Of a stretch of DNA of 64,000 nt, positions 13,535-27,120 are shown piece after piece. Under the pieces are notes generated by a model that worked only from the letters and a program-made list of their open reading frames with translations, had not been told where the DNA came from and ran no database searches. Source of the DNA: Takakia lepidozioides (Eukaryota > Plantae > Bryophyta); NCBI GenBank assembly GCA_030704615.1, contig CM060732.1, positions 66,030,001-66,094,000 on the forward strand, in the 5' to 3' direction. The translations under genes were made by a program, and so were the position numbers. How positions within the stretch are numbered: the first letter of the stretch is position 1; the number at the start of each line of letters is the position of its first letter.

Positions 13535-14600
13535 CTCAATGCATGTGCCGCGGCTGTGGAACAAGGCGAGCGGGTCCATGCCGAAATCAAGACAGCTAGA
13601 TTTGAGTCAGATGTCCAAGTAAGCAATGCTCTTGTCAGCATGTATTGCAAATGTAGGAGTATAGTGAATGCGCACCAAGTTTTTGACAATATGCATACAT
13701 AATATGTGATTGCATGGACTGCAATGATTGCAGAACTACCTGAGGAAGGACATAGCGGAGAGGCAATCGAATACTTTCAGCAAATGCAACAGACACGCGT
13801 GAAGCCTAACAAGGTCACCGTTATGAGCATCCTGAAAGCATGTGGCAGCCGAGAATAAGGCAAGTATTTCCATGCAAGCATCATCAAGGCTGGATTTGAG
13901 TCAGATCTCCTTATGGGCACTGCCCTTGTCAGCATGTATTGCAAGTGTGGGGATGTGGTGGGTGCAAGCCAAGTGTTTGACAAAATGCCCAAAGAAGATG
14001 TGTTCTCATGGAATATGATCACTTCAGGGTCATCTCAGCAAGGACGTGGTGCGTAAGCACTTGATTTCTATTAGCAAATGCAAAGAGAAGGTGTCAAGCC
14101 TGACCAGATCACTTTCATTAGTAGCCTTAGCGCATGCTCCAAGTTAGCGGCGCCCTTGCATGAAGGCAGGAAGGTCCATGACCACGTGGTCAATTCTGGA
14201 TTTGAGTCAGATGTCTTAGTGGGTACTACTCTTATTAGCATGTATGCCAAGTGCGGGAGTCTCGGGGATGCAAGACAAGTGGAAAGAACACTTTATTGAA
14301 CAAATTATTGGAAAGAATACAGCGTCACGGAATGCTATGATTGTAGGATATGCCCAGCATGGTTTGGGTACTGAGGCCCTAAAACTCTTTGAAGGGATGC
14401 AATAGGAAGGGGTGAAACCGACCAACGTCACTTTTATTGGAATCCTCTCTGCATGCAGTCATGCGGGCCTACTAGATGAGGGCTGTCATCACTTCCATTC
14501 TATGAGTCAAGTTCATGGTATCACACCAACAAAGTTGCCTTATGGTTACGTGGTTGAACTTCTTGGCCGTGCAGGGCGTTTGGATGAAGCAGACTTTAGT
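13535..14600 (+). pseudogene. Continuation of the PLS PPR gene (L/S/P repeats to P2-L2-S2), with stops and frameshifts
   Basis: [57 protein letters not shown]. Confidence 0.9.
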
Positions 14601-15898
14601 GTTGTACAGAACAGGGGCCTCTGTGAGTTTTGCGGGAAGTCAATGACTCTTTGGGCATGAAAGAGCCTCGAATCCTGTGTAATCTGATGGCCACTCCGTT
14701 CTTGCAGCAAGTGTGTAGGTAGCCTTTATGCACCCATAAAAGGTTTTTAACTGAATTATTTGACAAAAGGTAGCATGTTTGGTTTGCTTCCACCGAGATA
14801 TCATGTTTGTGTTCATGATATGCATGCTATGTTTCTTGTCACTACCTGAGAGAACCACTTATGGAATTCCATCCTCCAATTCGAGAACTATATCTAACTT
14901 AGTTGTTGTGGATTACTTTAAAATAATGTTTGCTAGTGTATCAGTGCTCTAATGCCAAATCATCTATTCGTTATCATCTTCCTTGTGCTCTATCTGAAGA
15001 TGATAAACTTTCTCTTGCCTCCCCTTATGACAAACTTGTTGAGATTCTTGTCACTTTGAAAGCACCCACGCGATCGACAATATGCTAATTATAGAGTTAT
15101 TTAAGGCTAAGTGGTTAACCAAAGAGAATTTTTCCTTAACATGGCCGATGACATCTGCACTTGACACTCGGCTTGCGTCTCTCACAGGGCCCCTCATTTC
15201 TGGAACGCAGTCACCCTACCATTTCCAAGTGCATTTGCAACCCAAGTGGAGTCCACGAAACTTTATGTGTGCTTACATATGTCCAATTAGTTGCGAGTGC
15301 CGGAATTTCCCTACAAGGTCATGTGACATAAGGATGTGAAGATGCTTAAGAACAATATACGTTGGGCTGCTCATGGCTTGGACTGGCATGCAACAGTCTC
15401 ATGGATAGGGCCTGCGATTGTCATATGATAAAATCATGGGATGGATGCATGAATGATTGCTTTTACATGCAAGTTGGAGAGCCACCGCATCTTTGGGATG
15501 AATGAACCATCATGGATGAAGATTAGAAGTTATCATACAATGAATGAAAACACATGCAGAAAGTATGAAAGCATATAGTGCCCGTACAAGGGAATGATTC
15601 CATTAGTCATGAATGGTATCATGAAACCATAAAAGCGTAATACCATTCCCATCCCAAATGGGAGGAAAGCATGCATGCAAGATTTGAGATGGAAGTTGGA
15701 TACCCACTTTGAAAGAAATATGGATATGCACTCTGTTGCATTCATAAAATTTCCAAAGCATTGAGAACGAACCATATAGATGAAGCATGATACGTCATGG
15801 AAACAATAGGATTTCAACTGTTGGCACCAATGTCATTGTGGTCAAATTTAGAAACAGGGGAATGTACACAGGATGCACCTTTCCACAATAACAACTTT

Positions 15899-16670
15899 TC
15901 ACCAGTAATCCCCACAAGAACAAACCCCATCTTTGAAGTGATGAAAGCGATTAGCGTCCCGTACAACAATTGCTCGCCCAAAAATCTTTGAGATGAATTT
16001 GGTGGAGGTTTGGCAGTCACCACACACCCGAAGATTGTTGATGAGACAGAGAGGCGTCCTAGGGGTCGTGCTGATGAGCCCAAAACCAATGGCCAGCTTC
16101 TCACTGTGGTGACAGAGAGAAAATTCATTTTGCTCCATGTAATACAAAGTGTGTATAAGGCACATACTCTGCCTTCTTCATCTGCCCAGACAATCTTCTC
16201 AGCTTAGCATGGATTTCACTAATTTTGGGATGCAATTTGTCATCTACAACAAAGGTGTGCACCATGTTCCCAACCTCAATACAGCAGCAACCTGGCTCCT
16301 TTTCAACCCCTCTGACCTTCATCATCTCTCTCACCTTTGCACTAACGTTCCACCTGCCAGCTGCAACAAAGATGTTTGATAGCAACACATAAGTCACAAC
16401 ATCTTGGTCATCCACTTAGAATAAATGTTGCCGCACGTTCAGCCATCTCCACATTGCCATGGCTTCTGCAGGCACCAAGCAAGGCCAATCACACCACAAC
16501 ATCTAGTTCCATTGGCATTTTAGTATTGAGGTCCTCTGCTTCATCCAATTGTCCGCACGTCCAAGAAGGTCCACCATGCAGCCAAAGTGCTTTACCGTCG
16601 GAGTCACATCGTGATCTGGACTCAGGGAATCGAAGTAGCATCTTCCTTCATCCAGTAGGCCAGCATGTCT
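15899..16670 (-). pseudogene. PPR S2-E1-E2-DYW (PG-type cytidine deaminase) 3' end, truncated by the gypsy insertion
   Basis: [21 protein letters not shown] (PG box), [33 protein letters not shown]-stop; frameshifted. Confidence 0.93.
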
Positions 16671-18278
16671 TGCCACGCACCTCACTTCGGTAAGCTCCCC
16701 TTTAAGTCATAGTTACTTGTTTTGATGCGCGCGCCTCACTCACAACCTGGCCGCCGGGCCAACTCGGAGCTTCGGCTGCTCACCGGGACATAACGGTCCC
16801 CCTTTACTCTTCCCAAAAGACCCTCCACCAATTTGGGCCTAGTGGAAATTCCCTTTGGTAGATGGCAGTCCGGAATAGCTCCCCACTTCTTGGTCGCTTT
16901 CCGGCTCGCTCGCTTACTCACTAGTTTTTGGTCACCAACGGGCTTGCACCGTTCTTGGGGTTGCTACTCCCTATATATACTTCTGTGACTGTCCGCGGGG
17001 GTTTCACAAACAACCCTGCCATTTTATGGCGAACCACCACGAAGACCCTCGACTCCCGGTGATGAGTCGCGGTGATCAGTCTTGGCCCACCCACCACGGC
17101 CCCATTGGACCATGATGGGTCCCAAGACTCCCCACGACTCCCACCACAAGGTCTCCACCCCATGGTGAGTCCTATGTCACCCCCACTAAGTCCCACTAAG
17201 CTACCACCACCCCTTGTGGAGCCACCCCCACCGCAACCCGGTGTGCGGGGCTCCACCTAGTGAGCGCCTCCGCCTCCTTGAGTGCCTTGGGCAATCAAGG
17301 GTGCTTTAGCCCCCCGTACCTATTGCTGCCACCGCCCCCACCACAGGGGCAGCCCCTCTGCGTCCCGACCCCCTGCCCTCAAGGCAAAGGGCCACGACAC
17401 ACACCCCTACCAATAGGGAGTCGATATCCTCATCGACTTGTCCATTTTGTAGAAATGAACATCCAAGTTGTGGTGTCCCATGGCAAAGAACCAAACCCCA
17501 CACTTGACTCTACTCTCCACTAGCTAGTTCGGCCGACTTCCTCCAAGTCCCCGCTAAGGGTGGAGCCTCTCAAGCTCCTCCCAGTGCACTCTTCTTGGCC
17601 TACTCCAAGGCCAAGGAACGATCCTCCACGAGGATCGAATCGCCTTACTACAACAACATTGCTTGCGACCGCTCATGATGCCCTTTTGGCATCACCTTGA
17701 GCAAGGGTTCACCTTGAACCCTTTTTGACTAGGAAGATAACCTTGAACTAACCATGCGCCCCAATAACTACAATTGAGTCCGCCTTGGAATGCTGGCATG
17801 AGGTACGGGAACACGTTGAAGCCGCACTACGACTTCGTCCCGAGGCTACACGATTATAGTACGTGAACGGAAGCACGTAGCTTCCGCGTTAGCTCGCACC
17901 AGGTGCGCACTAGCACGTGAACTCCCAAGGAAGGCGCAAGTTTCCTTGCCCCTTGGATGGGAGTCACCCGATTTTGGCACTACGCAAACACACGATTAAT
18001 CCAATTTACCTCTCCCACTTTTGTAAGCTAGCATGCATTCTACACACTAGCCAACCATATCTTGCATCACCATTCTAAACAAAATAGGACGCACAACATT
18101 TGGAAACCATTTCATTTATAACAAAATTTGTACAATACATGTTTTTGCAATCGGATTCCTGAGCTAGCTAAGCCGGGCTAAGCAAACATTTGGAAATCTT
18201 TTCATTTATAACAAAATTTGTACAATACAAGTTTTTGCAATCGGATTCCTGAGCTAGCTAAGCCGGGTTAAGCATGCA
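16671..18278 (-). repeat. 3' LTR of the gypsy element (inner boundary approximate)
   Basis: Outer end matches the 5' LTR remnant. Purine tract gggggagga on minus at about 18281-18289, just after the chromodomain stop, taken as the PPT. Confidence 0.6.
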
Positions 18279-18312
18279 TTTCCTCCCCCATGATCCAAGG
18301 TTGATGTCCCCA

Positions 18313-20645
18313 TCAACGTTTCTTCCGCTTTTGAGGTCGCCCTTCGAAAGCTGCAACCGCCTCGAATGCGTTTCCCATTTCTGAGGCACGCACCCAAGAT
18401 GTCTCCACATGATGATAGCCCTTCCATTTCACGAGATATTCCGTTTCTCGATTCTTGAACCTCCTCGACTTAAGCACTGCCTCCACCGCGTACTCAGGTT
18501 CATTTTCATGATCCAACAGCACAGGTGGCGGACGCAACACTTGATGCCGATTCGGACGCGCTTGATCTTTGAAGTAAGGCTTCAAAAGGAGAGACGTAGA
18601 ATACTGGGTGCACCTTGATGTTTGTCGGTAGCTCCAATTCATACACGTCCTCATTCATAACCTTCCGGATGCGAAAAGGTCCCGCATATGGAGGTACGAA
18701 CTTCGGACTCACTTCCGGAGGTAGTCGGAAATTCTTGATGTTCAACCAGACCTCCATGTCTGCCTCAAACTTAACTTCCCTCCGCTTCTGATTCGCCTGC
18801 CGTTCATACCGTTTCCTAGATTTGGCAATGTTGTACTTTGCGAGCTTCAACAAGTTCGCGTTCTTCCAGTACCGCCGCTACTGCCGGTTCCTCAACGTCC
18901 TAGGCGGTCCAACTTGTCGGCACCAGAGGTGCTTTTCCATAAACCAATACGAAAGGGAAAACTCCCGTTGCGGAGTGTTTTGTGTTATTATAACAGAACT
19001 ATGTCGCGTCCAAGTGCTCCACCCAATCTGATTGGTCTGCCGACACGTAATTCCGCAAGATTTGCTTCACCACGGAATTCACTCTTTCCGTTTGGCCGTC
19101 CGTCATAGGTCGGAAGGCAGTGCTCATCTTGAGCCTCGTCCCCATCTTCTTCCAAAGTGCCCTCCAAAATTTACTCGTAAACTTTGGATCGCGGTCCGAG
19201 ACAATATCCTTCGGGAGTCCATGATGCTTGAAGACGTGGGCGAAGTAAAGTCGCCCCGTCTCCTGCGCCATTGCCGTCTCCTTGGTGGGGATGAAATGGC
19301 CCATTTTACTGAACCTATCCACCACCACCATGATTGCATCGAATCCTTTTGACAGCGGCATAGCAGTCATGAAATCCATCGAGACACTTTCCCAAGACCC
19401 CTCTGGAATCGGCAAGGGTTGTAACAGCCCCGCTTGCTTTTTGTACTCGCTCCGGTTTTGTTGGCATGTGGTGCATGTCTTGACATACTCCTCAGCCTCC
19501 TCCTTCAGTTTGGGCCAGAAATATTCTTTCTTCAAGAGTGCCGCGGTGTGCTTGGCTCCGCCGTGGCCCACAAGCGGGCCATCATGGCATTCTCTCAAGA
19601 GACTATCTCTGATCCCTCCCTTCGGCACGTAGAGACGCTTTTGCTTATACCGGAGCAGTCCATTTTGCAAGTGGAATTGCGATTTAACCCCCATCCTCAA
19701 GTCCCGCATCACGGACTTCGTCATCTCATCCTTCCGGTAAGCCTTCCGGATCTTCCTTTGGAGCGTCGTCTCGCCCCTGTACACCAACATGAGCTACTGC
19801 TTTCTACTTAAAGCATCGGCTACCACATTGTCTCGTCCCGGTTTGTACTGTCGAACACCGCCAAAGTATCTTGCCACCTAAGTTGTTTTGGGGACAACTT
19901 AGGCTGCGTGGCAAAATACTTCACCGTGACATTGTCCGTGAATACCTTCACCGGGTTGGAACCAACATAGTGGCGCCAAAGCTCAAGGCAATGCACCACT
20001 GCCTTCATTTCCTTCTCATGTGTAGGCCATCGTCGCTCCACTTCATTCAGTTTCTTACTTTCGTAAGCCACTGGACGTCCATCCTACATAAGTACACCCC
20101 CTATTGCGAAGTCGACGCATCCGTATGAATCTCAAATGGACGGTCGAACTCTGGGATTTTGAGGACTGGAGCTTTCGCCATCCGCTGCTTCAACTCGGCA
20201 AAAGCTTGGCCACAAACGGTGTTCTATACCCAGACTTTGGATTTATACAAAAGGTCTGACAGCGGCCCCGCGATCTTGGCGAATTTTCTCACATACTTCC
20301 GGTAATAGGAGGCGAGTCCTAGGAAGGATCGCACTCCCGGGACCGAAGTTGGAGGCTCCCAATCCAAGATCACTCTCACTTTTCTGTCATCCATTTTGAT
20401 CCCATCCTGTGTAATCACATGCCCCAGGAACTCCACTTTTGTGACCCCGAATTCGCACTTTGAAGCTTTGGCATACAGCTTCCCTTCCCGCAATTTCTGG
20501 AACACCCTTTTGAGGTGCTCCAGGTGCTCTTCCCTTGTTTTTGAGTACACCAGTATGTCATCGATGTATACGATCACAAAGTCATCCAACCACTCCTGGA
20601 AAAGGTTGTTCATTAGCGTGCTAAAGGTCGCGGGTTCATTGGTGA
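18313..20645 (-). pseudogene. Gypsy pol: RT C-terminus, RNase H, integrase, chromodomain
   Basis: VIVYIDDILVYS; AYESKKL...EKEM; ECHDGPLVGHGG..CTTCQQ, SMDFM, IVSDRDPKFTS, TDGQTERVN; GPF; EYAVEAVLKSR...EYLVKWKGY..ETSW. Confidence 0.93.
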
Positions 20646-21752
20646 GCCTATGTGCCCGGGCTCCCCGCAATTAAAGCACACTCCATCGAAGGTCGCCTTT
20701 TGTCCGCCATAGGCCGTCGCACCTGATTTTCTTTTCAGAGCACCGGGTGTTGTCTTGGCGTATGAAGGCCCTCCCTTCGATTTCCACGTGCCATTGTTGC
20801 CGCGTGGCCTATCCCACTTCTTTTCCGGTCGAAAGAAGTCACCCTCCCGCCGGGTCTTCTTGTGGTTCAGCTCCGTACGGCCTTGTCTTTCACCCCTAGG
20901 GACATCCGAGATACATTCAGCCCTCTCAATTGCCTCGTTCAAAGTCTTAGGTGGCTTCTCCTCCAACTTCCGCCTGGCCCATGGGGCCAGTCCCGCCACA
21001 AAGTTGAAGACCATTTCTGGTTCTGCCATGTCCGCGACTTCGAGCAACAGCACATTGAAAGCCTGAACATATCCCCGAATGTCATCCGTATGCTTCAAAT
21101 TCCTCATCTTGTCCCGGGCGAGCCAGGACGCGTTGAGGGGCACAAATTGTTTCATCGTCAGTTCCTTGAACCCACTCCAGTTCAAGGTTTCCGGGTTTGG
21201 ACCTCGGTCGTGAAGGCGTTTCTGCCACCATTGTTGAGCATAGCCCCTCAAATAGGTGGGAGCCACTTCCACCCGATCCTCGTCACTCAACTTGGCCGCC
21301 CGGAAGTACTACTCTAGCTCCAAGAGCCATGTGTTGAATGCCTTCCGATTTCAGACGCCCTCGAAGGTGTCGGGATCCTTAGGCTTCACCTTAAACTTTG
21401 CCTTAGTGGAAGTGACATTAGTCGCCTTCGACATGTCTTTCAACGTCCCGCCAAACTGCGCAAACAACCCTTCCCAAAAGGCTGCTGGCATGGGAGGCAT
21501 CTGTTGGTCTGTCGGAGCTCTAAGGAATTCCTCGAGCTCAGACTCCTTAGATTCCTCCCGTTCTTGAACGGCCTCGCTTTCAAAAGCATGCATCGCTTCC
21601 TCAAATGGCCGCTTCGGTGACACATCGCCCCCATCGGGCTCACCAGGATCATCATCTTTCGGGCCGTTCCGCTTTCGCTTTGGCTTGCCCGACCTCATGA
21701 TGAGGCCGATCCCAAGGACGATCGCGTACTGAACTCTAAGCTCTGATACCAA
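20646..21752 (-). pseudogene. Gypsy gag with zinc knuckle; protease and RT N-terminus deleted
   Basis: KPKDPDTFEG, YLRGYAQQWW, CFNCGEPGH then an abrupt jump into mid-RT (LTNEPATF). Confidence 0.85.
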
Positions 21753-21979
21753 GTGTCGCGCACCTCACTTCGGTAAGCTCCCCTTTAAGTCATAGTTACT
21801 CGCTTTGATGCGCGTGCCTAACTCCCAACCTGGCCGCCGGGCCAACTCGGAGCTTCGGCTGCTCACCGGGACATAACAGTCCCCCTTTACTCTTCCCAAA
21901 AGACCCTCCACCAATTTGGGCCTAGTGGAAATTCCCTTTGGTAGATGGCAGTCCGGAATAGCTCCCCACTCCTTGGTCG

Positions 21980-22290
21980 AAACAGAGGAGTACAAATCAA
22001 ATCAACGTGGCTTCATAGTGAATGGCGGTACCGACAGTCACAAACTGCAGGTGTGAAAACCCATAAACAGAGGAGTACAAAGAAAATCAAGATGGCTTCA
22101 TAGTGAATGGCGGTACCACCAGTCACAAACTGCTGGTGTGGAAAACCATAAACAGAAGAGTACAAAGCAAATCAAGATGGCTTCATAGTGAATGGCGGTA
22201 CCACCACTCCCAAACTGCTGGTGTGGAAAACCATAAACAGAGGAGTACAAAGCAAATCAACATGGCTTCATAGTGATGGTCGGTACCGAC
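21980..22290. repeat. 85-bp tandem repeat, about 3.7 copies
   Basis: aaacagaggagtacaaa..atggcttcatagtgaatggcggtacc units start at 21980, 22065, 22150 and 22235. Confidence 0.92.
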
Positions 22291-22365
22291 CCTCACTTTC
22301 TAGGACATTGCACTCACTCTCTTCGTAGATCTTTAAATAGGAATTGGAAGGTAGAGAACACTTAC

Positions 22366-22671
22366 TAGCGCCTTCTTAGGTTTTGAATTTGTATCCCCTT
22401 CTGCAGCTTTCCTCTTCCCTTTCTCATCTGCCGGAATTTCTGTCTGCTCTAGGGTTTGTAGACCTTCTCCCGGATCAGCGTTCCCCGGACTTCCACCTCC
22501 TTCAGTTTCCCTGCGAATCAGCTCTGCTTCCACAGTCTGGTTTCCAACGCTCACTGTTCTCTCTAATTGTGTGACAGCTGCAGCCTCATTCTCGGTCTGC
22601 TCTTGTGTTGCAGTCTCCGCGTTCACCTGCTGCCTTGGCCCTGTGTTCTCCATCAAGCGACACCTCGTCAT
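22366..22671 (-). pseudogene. Low-complexity first exon of an unidentified transposon accessory gene
   Basis: E/Q/T-rich ORF ending in KGKRK...KPKKAL followed by a gtaagt donor (22360-22365, minus); divergent from the GCM-like ORF. Confidence 0.35.
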
Positions 22672-23867
22672 TTGCTCTCTTGCTCTGAGTCTCTCTCTAA
22701 GGGAAGTAAAATAGAGTGACTTCCTTCTCTTTCGAATCGTAGAAGAAACGCTCTCCAGCTTGACTACCTCTCTCCCTCTAAATGCGGAAACTTGAAAGAT
22801 AAAGTGAGTTGCGTGCGTGCGTTGGGGATTGCCTCTAGAAGCATCGGATTCCCTGTCGCATGACCGTTACACAAATGTCGCTCCTTTATTAGTGCACCTG
22901 CCAGCCATTAGTGGACAGCTGTTCGTATGCAATGTAGTAATCGATGTCTGACGTGTGTCGCCCAAAATGAACGGCGTGTCGTTTATTTGAACGGTTTCAA
23001 TAATTGAAAATAACAGCGACAGATAATATAAATGAATACCACATTGCATATAAACAACGACTGCTCAGCCTAAAACCAATGGTCTGACTGCTCAGCCTAA
23101 ACCAAAATGCCTATGCCATCAGAACCTTGCCACCGTGGAATAAAATATATAGGGCCATCTGGCGCACAATCTCAGACAAATAAATGTAAATGTACGAGTG
23201 TTTGATGACATATTTTTGGATATCATACACATTCATCCTTGTAATCCAACCCCATGTACATTTCACAGTTTGGACTTTCCAGGTGCGCATGATCATTGGT
23301 ACTAGTATAAAGATGCATTTACTTCATCTATCCCACCCTCACATCCTTTGGCACACTTCCGAGAAGTCGGCTGGTTATTATGTTTATTGATGAGGTTCTG
23401 AATAAAGGTTTAACAGCTACCGAAATTGCTCCTAGGGATACTCTGTCTACATGGCCCACAAAAAAAGTAATTAAAATGGACGGCTGCATGTCTGGAAGGA
23501 ATAACAGAATGTGCACAATCATCGTGTGAGCTTTCTCCGCGATATTCTCTGCTCATTCTTCAACAGTATACTGGAGACCTCAGTCAACAGATTTCACTGA
23601 AGAGCTGCGATAGCAAGGCATCTTCGTACTAGAGGAGGGAAGATGGCTTCCTCTGAAATGGAGTTCTTCTCTGACGACAAACCAGTGCCGTTCTCCAAGG
23701 AAGCCCTCGATAATGGATTCGCACTTGTCCTTGAACATGTCTTGGCTACGATGTTTGAGCTTCAGAATGGCTCCATTTTTTTGGAAAAAGAGGTGTACGA
23801 TTTGGAAGGGAAGTTGTTGAAATACTCTTAAAACCGTGATGAGACGGCTCATATCAGCCAGTGGAGA

Positions 23868-24960
23868 GTGCGCCCTGGTCGATACAGAGTACTTGGAGAG
23901 CCTCGGCGGAAGTCCCTTGGATCATATGTGACGCCCGGGATTGCTGCTTCAGTCGTTGAAGACAAGAAGGAGGTGGTGGTGAAAAAAGAGCAGACGTCCT
24001 TCACTCCAATCGTTGAGCTTTCGGATTCGTCCGATGATGACTTAAGTGAAATTCCAAATCCAGGCCTTCATATTGTAGTTGGGCAAGCGGATGAAGATTT
24101 CATTTGTAGTGTCATTCCAAAACTGCGGGCGATGGGAGGAATGGCAGGTTTCAAAAGTGAGTTGCGAGGAATTCATTGGGAATCTTTGAAGCAAGTGCAT
24201 GTGAAGTTCCTGCCAGAGACTTTTGATGGCGATATCCTATTCGAGCTGCCTCCTCCTCCGCGAGTTGGAGGTGTCACAATCATGATGCATGGAATGGACA
24301 AAAAACACGACGGGCACCCGTGTTGCAGAACAAAAACATCCAATATTCAAAATGATGACAAGCTTGTTTTCAGGAGAACAGTTTGCATAGACACCTTAGG
24401 TGTGATAATTTGAATTGCAGACACTTTCTTCAGTCTGGGGTTCACAATCAAAGCGAGTGGGAGGGTCTGGCGGAAAATCCATTCAAGCCTGGGACTGCCC
24501 CTCCACCGCCAAACACTTTCGTTTGCAAATTCTGCAAACTTGTGCCATCCTGCCTGGCGCTATGCGGAGCAAGAATGTACTATGTTGTCCACCGTTTGAA
24601 AACAATGACAAGAGCTCGTGTGCATTTCGGTTTCCATAACCATCCTGTCTCGAAGTGGGATTACAGGGAGAGTGTTGAGACAGTATCGAGGTTCATTAAA
24701 CAGGAGTACGAGATAAACCCATCCGCAACAACATCTGCAATTGCTCTTGGCGTAAGCAAGTCCTTCTTGGAAAGCCATATTTTGAGTGAAGGGGATTCTG
24801 TGGGGACTAAACTTGACGGTGCCGCATTGGACCTGGTCATGGATCATTTCTTCACTTTGAGTTCACCTAATATTCGGCATTAGATCAATGCATTGAGAAT
24901 GGGCTCTGGGATCAGAGGCTACATAGACAACATTTTGGAATTGAAACGACTGAGCAAGTA
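23868..24960 (+). pseudogene. GCM-like Zn-domain N-terminus of a probable Mutator-type transposase, catalytic core missing
   Basis: FDGDILFELPP..MDKKHDGHPC.RTKTSN...RRTVC/HLRCDNLNC...CKFCKLVP.C...C.ARMYYV...VHFGFHNHPV resembles the GCM/WRKY-like domain seen in MULE-type transposases; frameshift at about 24390. Confidence 0.6.
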
Positions 24961-25479
24961 CGACTCTAGATGTGAAATGTAGAAATGTAGACTCTAGATG
25001 TGAAATGACCATGCTATGAAATGTCCAATTTGCAACATTGGCATGGAAATTCAATTCAAATCAATTCGTTTGCAACATCGTCGGCGGTGCAATGATATGG
25101 CGTCCCTTATCCCTCCATTATGCTTCCAACTATACTGAGTGAGCTCTGAGTGGCAACTTTTATAAGCACATGCATCATTGCACCATTCGAAGTCTACATG
25201 TCTTCCTGTCGCTATGCACTGCAATCATCTTTTGAAGATGATCCTAACCCTCATTGTTATTTGGGGAGGGACTCTGGTCTTCTCGTGGCAGCCTCTATGG
25301 TGCACACTTTGTGAGGATATTTTCTCGTCCTCGTAATTGTAAAAGTGAAAGAAACATTTGTAATTGCACAATGTTGGATGCTACAATCGTAGGCCTCATG
25401 GTAGTCTTGATTGTATTCAGCCAAGGATTCCCTGCATTAATCCCACGGTCATAGGACCATCCTCGGTTATAGGCGACGC

Positions 25480-25632
25480 ATGTTAGTGCTGACGTGGCTG
25501 ATGACGGCACAGTGCCATGTCATCATTTGCCGCCACATCAACCTGCTGATATGACGCTCACGCCACATCAGCGTGGGTGCAGGCTCACGCCACGTCAGCT
25601 GGCGTGAGCGTACGCTCGCGCGCTCACGCCAT
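25480..25632. repeat. Cluster of (g)ctcacgcc / gccacatca / gacgtggc motifs, probable transposon terminus
   Basis: Several direct and inverted copies; caggctcacgccacgtca (25580-25597) is the exact reverse complement of 45615-45632. Confidence 0.55.
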
Positions 25633-25634
25633 TG

Positions 25635-27120
25635 CGTCGTTGCTACTTGTTCATGTCCAATGCTCTTCAATAAATTCCGCAACCATATCACTTCCTTGTT
25701 AGCTTGTGTTGCCGCCATGTACCTCCGCTTCAGTACTTGATAAAGCAATTGTCGTTTGACGCTTGCTGCTCCAGCTTATACTAGCATTTCCGACTTGAAA
25801 AACATAACTAGTAGTCGACTTCCTACTATCTGTATCACTCGCCCAGTCTGAGTCACAAAATCCCTTCAACGATATAGTGTTTTCTTCCATATCCAAAGGA
25901 ATACTAATTGGTTTATATTGACTCATTCTAAACTTATGCAAAATAGTTTCCACATATTTTTTTCTGGCTTAAGTACATAGCTTGCTTCTCCCTATCTCGA
26001 GCCACACGAATGCCCAAAAAATAGTGAAACTTCTTCTTATTTGAGTTAAATGTATTTTTACCAGCAAACAATATTGCAATACTCTCAGAGGTTGTACCAA
26101 TCCCTAAATCATTTCGCCTCATTTCCTCTTGCTACAGAATACCAGTTACCTCTCTAGAGTAAGACCCTGCTATCCACTAAGGGAAATCATGAGGCTTTCA
26201 AAAGACATGGTAGACTTCCTAATAAAGTGACTACCTGATCATCATCTGACACGGGAGACCCTGCTCCTGCTAACTGATTACTAATAATCTAAAATTGTTG
26301 ATATGTTCAGCTATATTGATTTCTGATTCTGACATTTTCAACCGAAGCAATCTCCTTCTCAAGTACAGTTTAGTAGTAACGTTTTTTGTTTCAAACACCG
26401 CTACCAATAGATCCCATGCATCTTTAGATGTAGCTGCCTTGCTAACATGCAGAAGCTGCGAGTGTTTGAGATTTAACATGATGGAGGCTAGTGCCTTTCC
26501 ATCGTTCCTAGTCCACTCTTTGCAATTGACTGCGGCAATATCTGCTGCTGTTGGCTTTGCTTCGCTCCCATTTACCATAGAACATAGATCTCTATCTAAC
26601 AAAAGAATCCGGATCTTCAACTTCCATATATGAAAGTTCTCTCCATCAAAGATATTATGATACGGAGTTTGCTAGTTTTACCTGTAGCGGCCATTTTGAA
26701 ATCTGATTGGACGTTCTTTCTAGTAACAACTATCGATCAGTCTAGTATAGTCTTCTTGCTTGTTGTCTAACAGGCTTTGATACCATGTAATCACCCTAGA
26801 AATAGAAGACAAGACGAAACATACATAGACACAGAAGGAGAGCTTTTCAAAGCAGTTGTAATGAATGTAGTTCTAGACAAGAATGTTCATAGTGTTCAGC
26901 CGACACAACTCTACACAGGTACAACTGATCATACATGTAACTACCTGAACTATATGAACCACTTTCCCGATCGACATGGGGAAGGCAAAGCATCATATGT
27001 TGCTGCTCTGAGGCCGACTCTTGTATCTGGCCATAACAAATCCCTTTGCAATGGCAACAACATAGGGCCCTCCTCTTCGGCGTCCCTTGAATTCGACAAG
27101 TCTGATATTAATTAGAAACA
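25635..27120 (-). mobile_element. Ty1/copia remnant: 5' LTR (about 26786-27120), PBS, gag, RT/RNase H fragments
   Basis: PBS tggtatcaaagc at 26774-26785 (minus); gag KIRILLLDRDL..DGKALASIMLNL..SKDAWDLL; HYFLGIRV; LKGFCDSDWASD..SRKSTTSY..ISWSSKRQTTIALSSTEAE. Outer LTR end uncertain. Confidence 0.88.

Larger units (their letters stand above)
16671..21979 (-). mobile_element. Ty3/gypsy chromovirus LTR retrotransposon, internally deleted, 5' LTR truncated
   Basis: 16671-16898 is nearly identical to 21754-21979 (LTRs). Met PBS tggtatcagagc at 21740-21751 (minus). gag, RT YIDD, RNase H, integrase and chromodomain in order. Confidence 0.95.

Noticed and set aside
15899-16300. U-to-C (DYW:KP-type) editing domain
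   Set aside because: The copies with a visible box have KEPG and end in DYW with HSEKLA, i.e. the ordinary PG C-to-U type.
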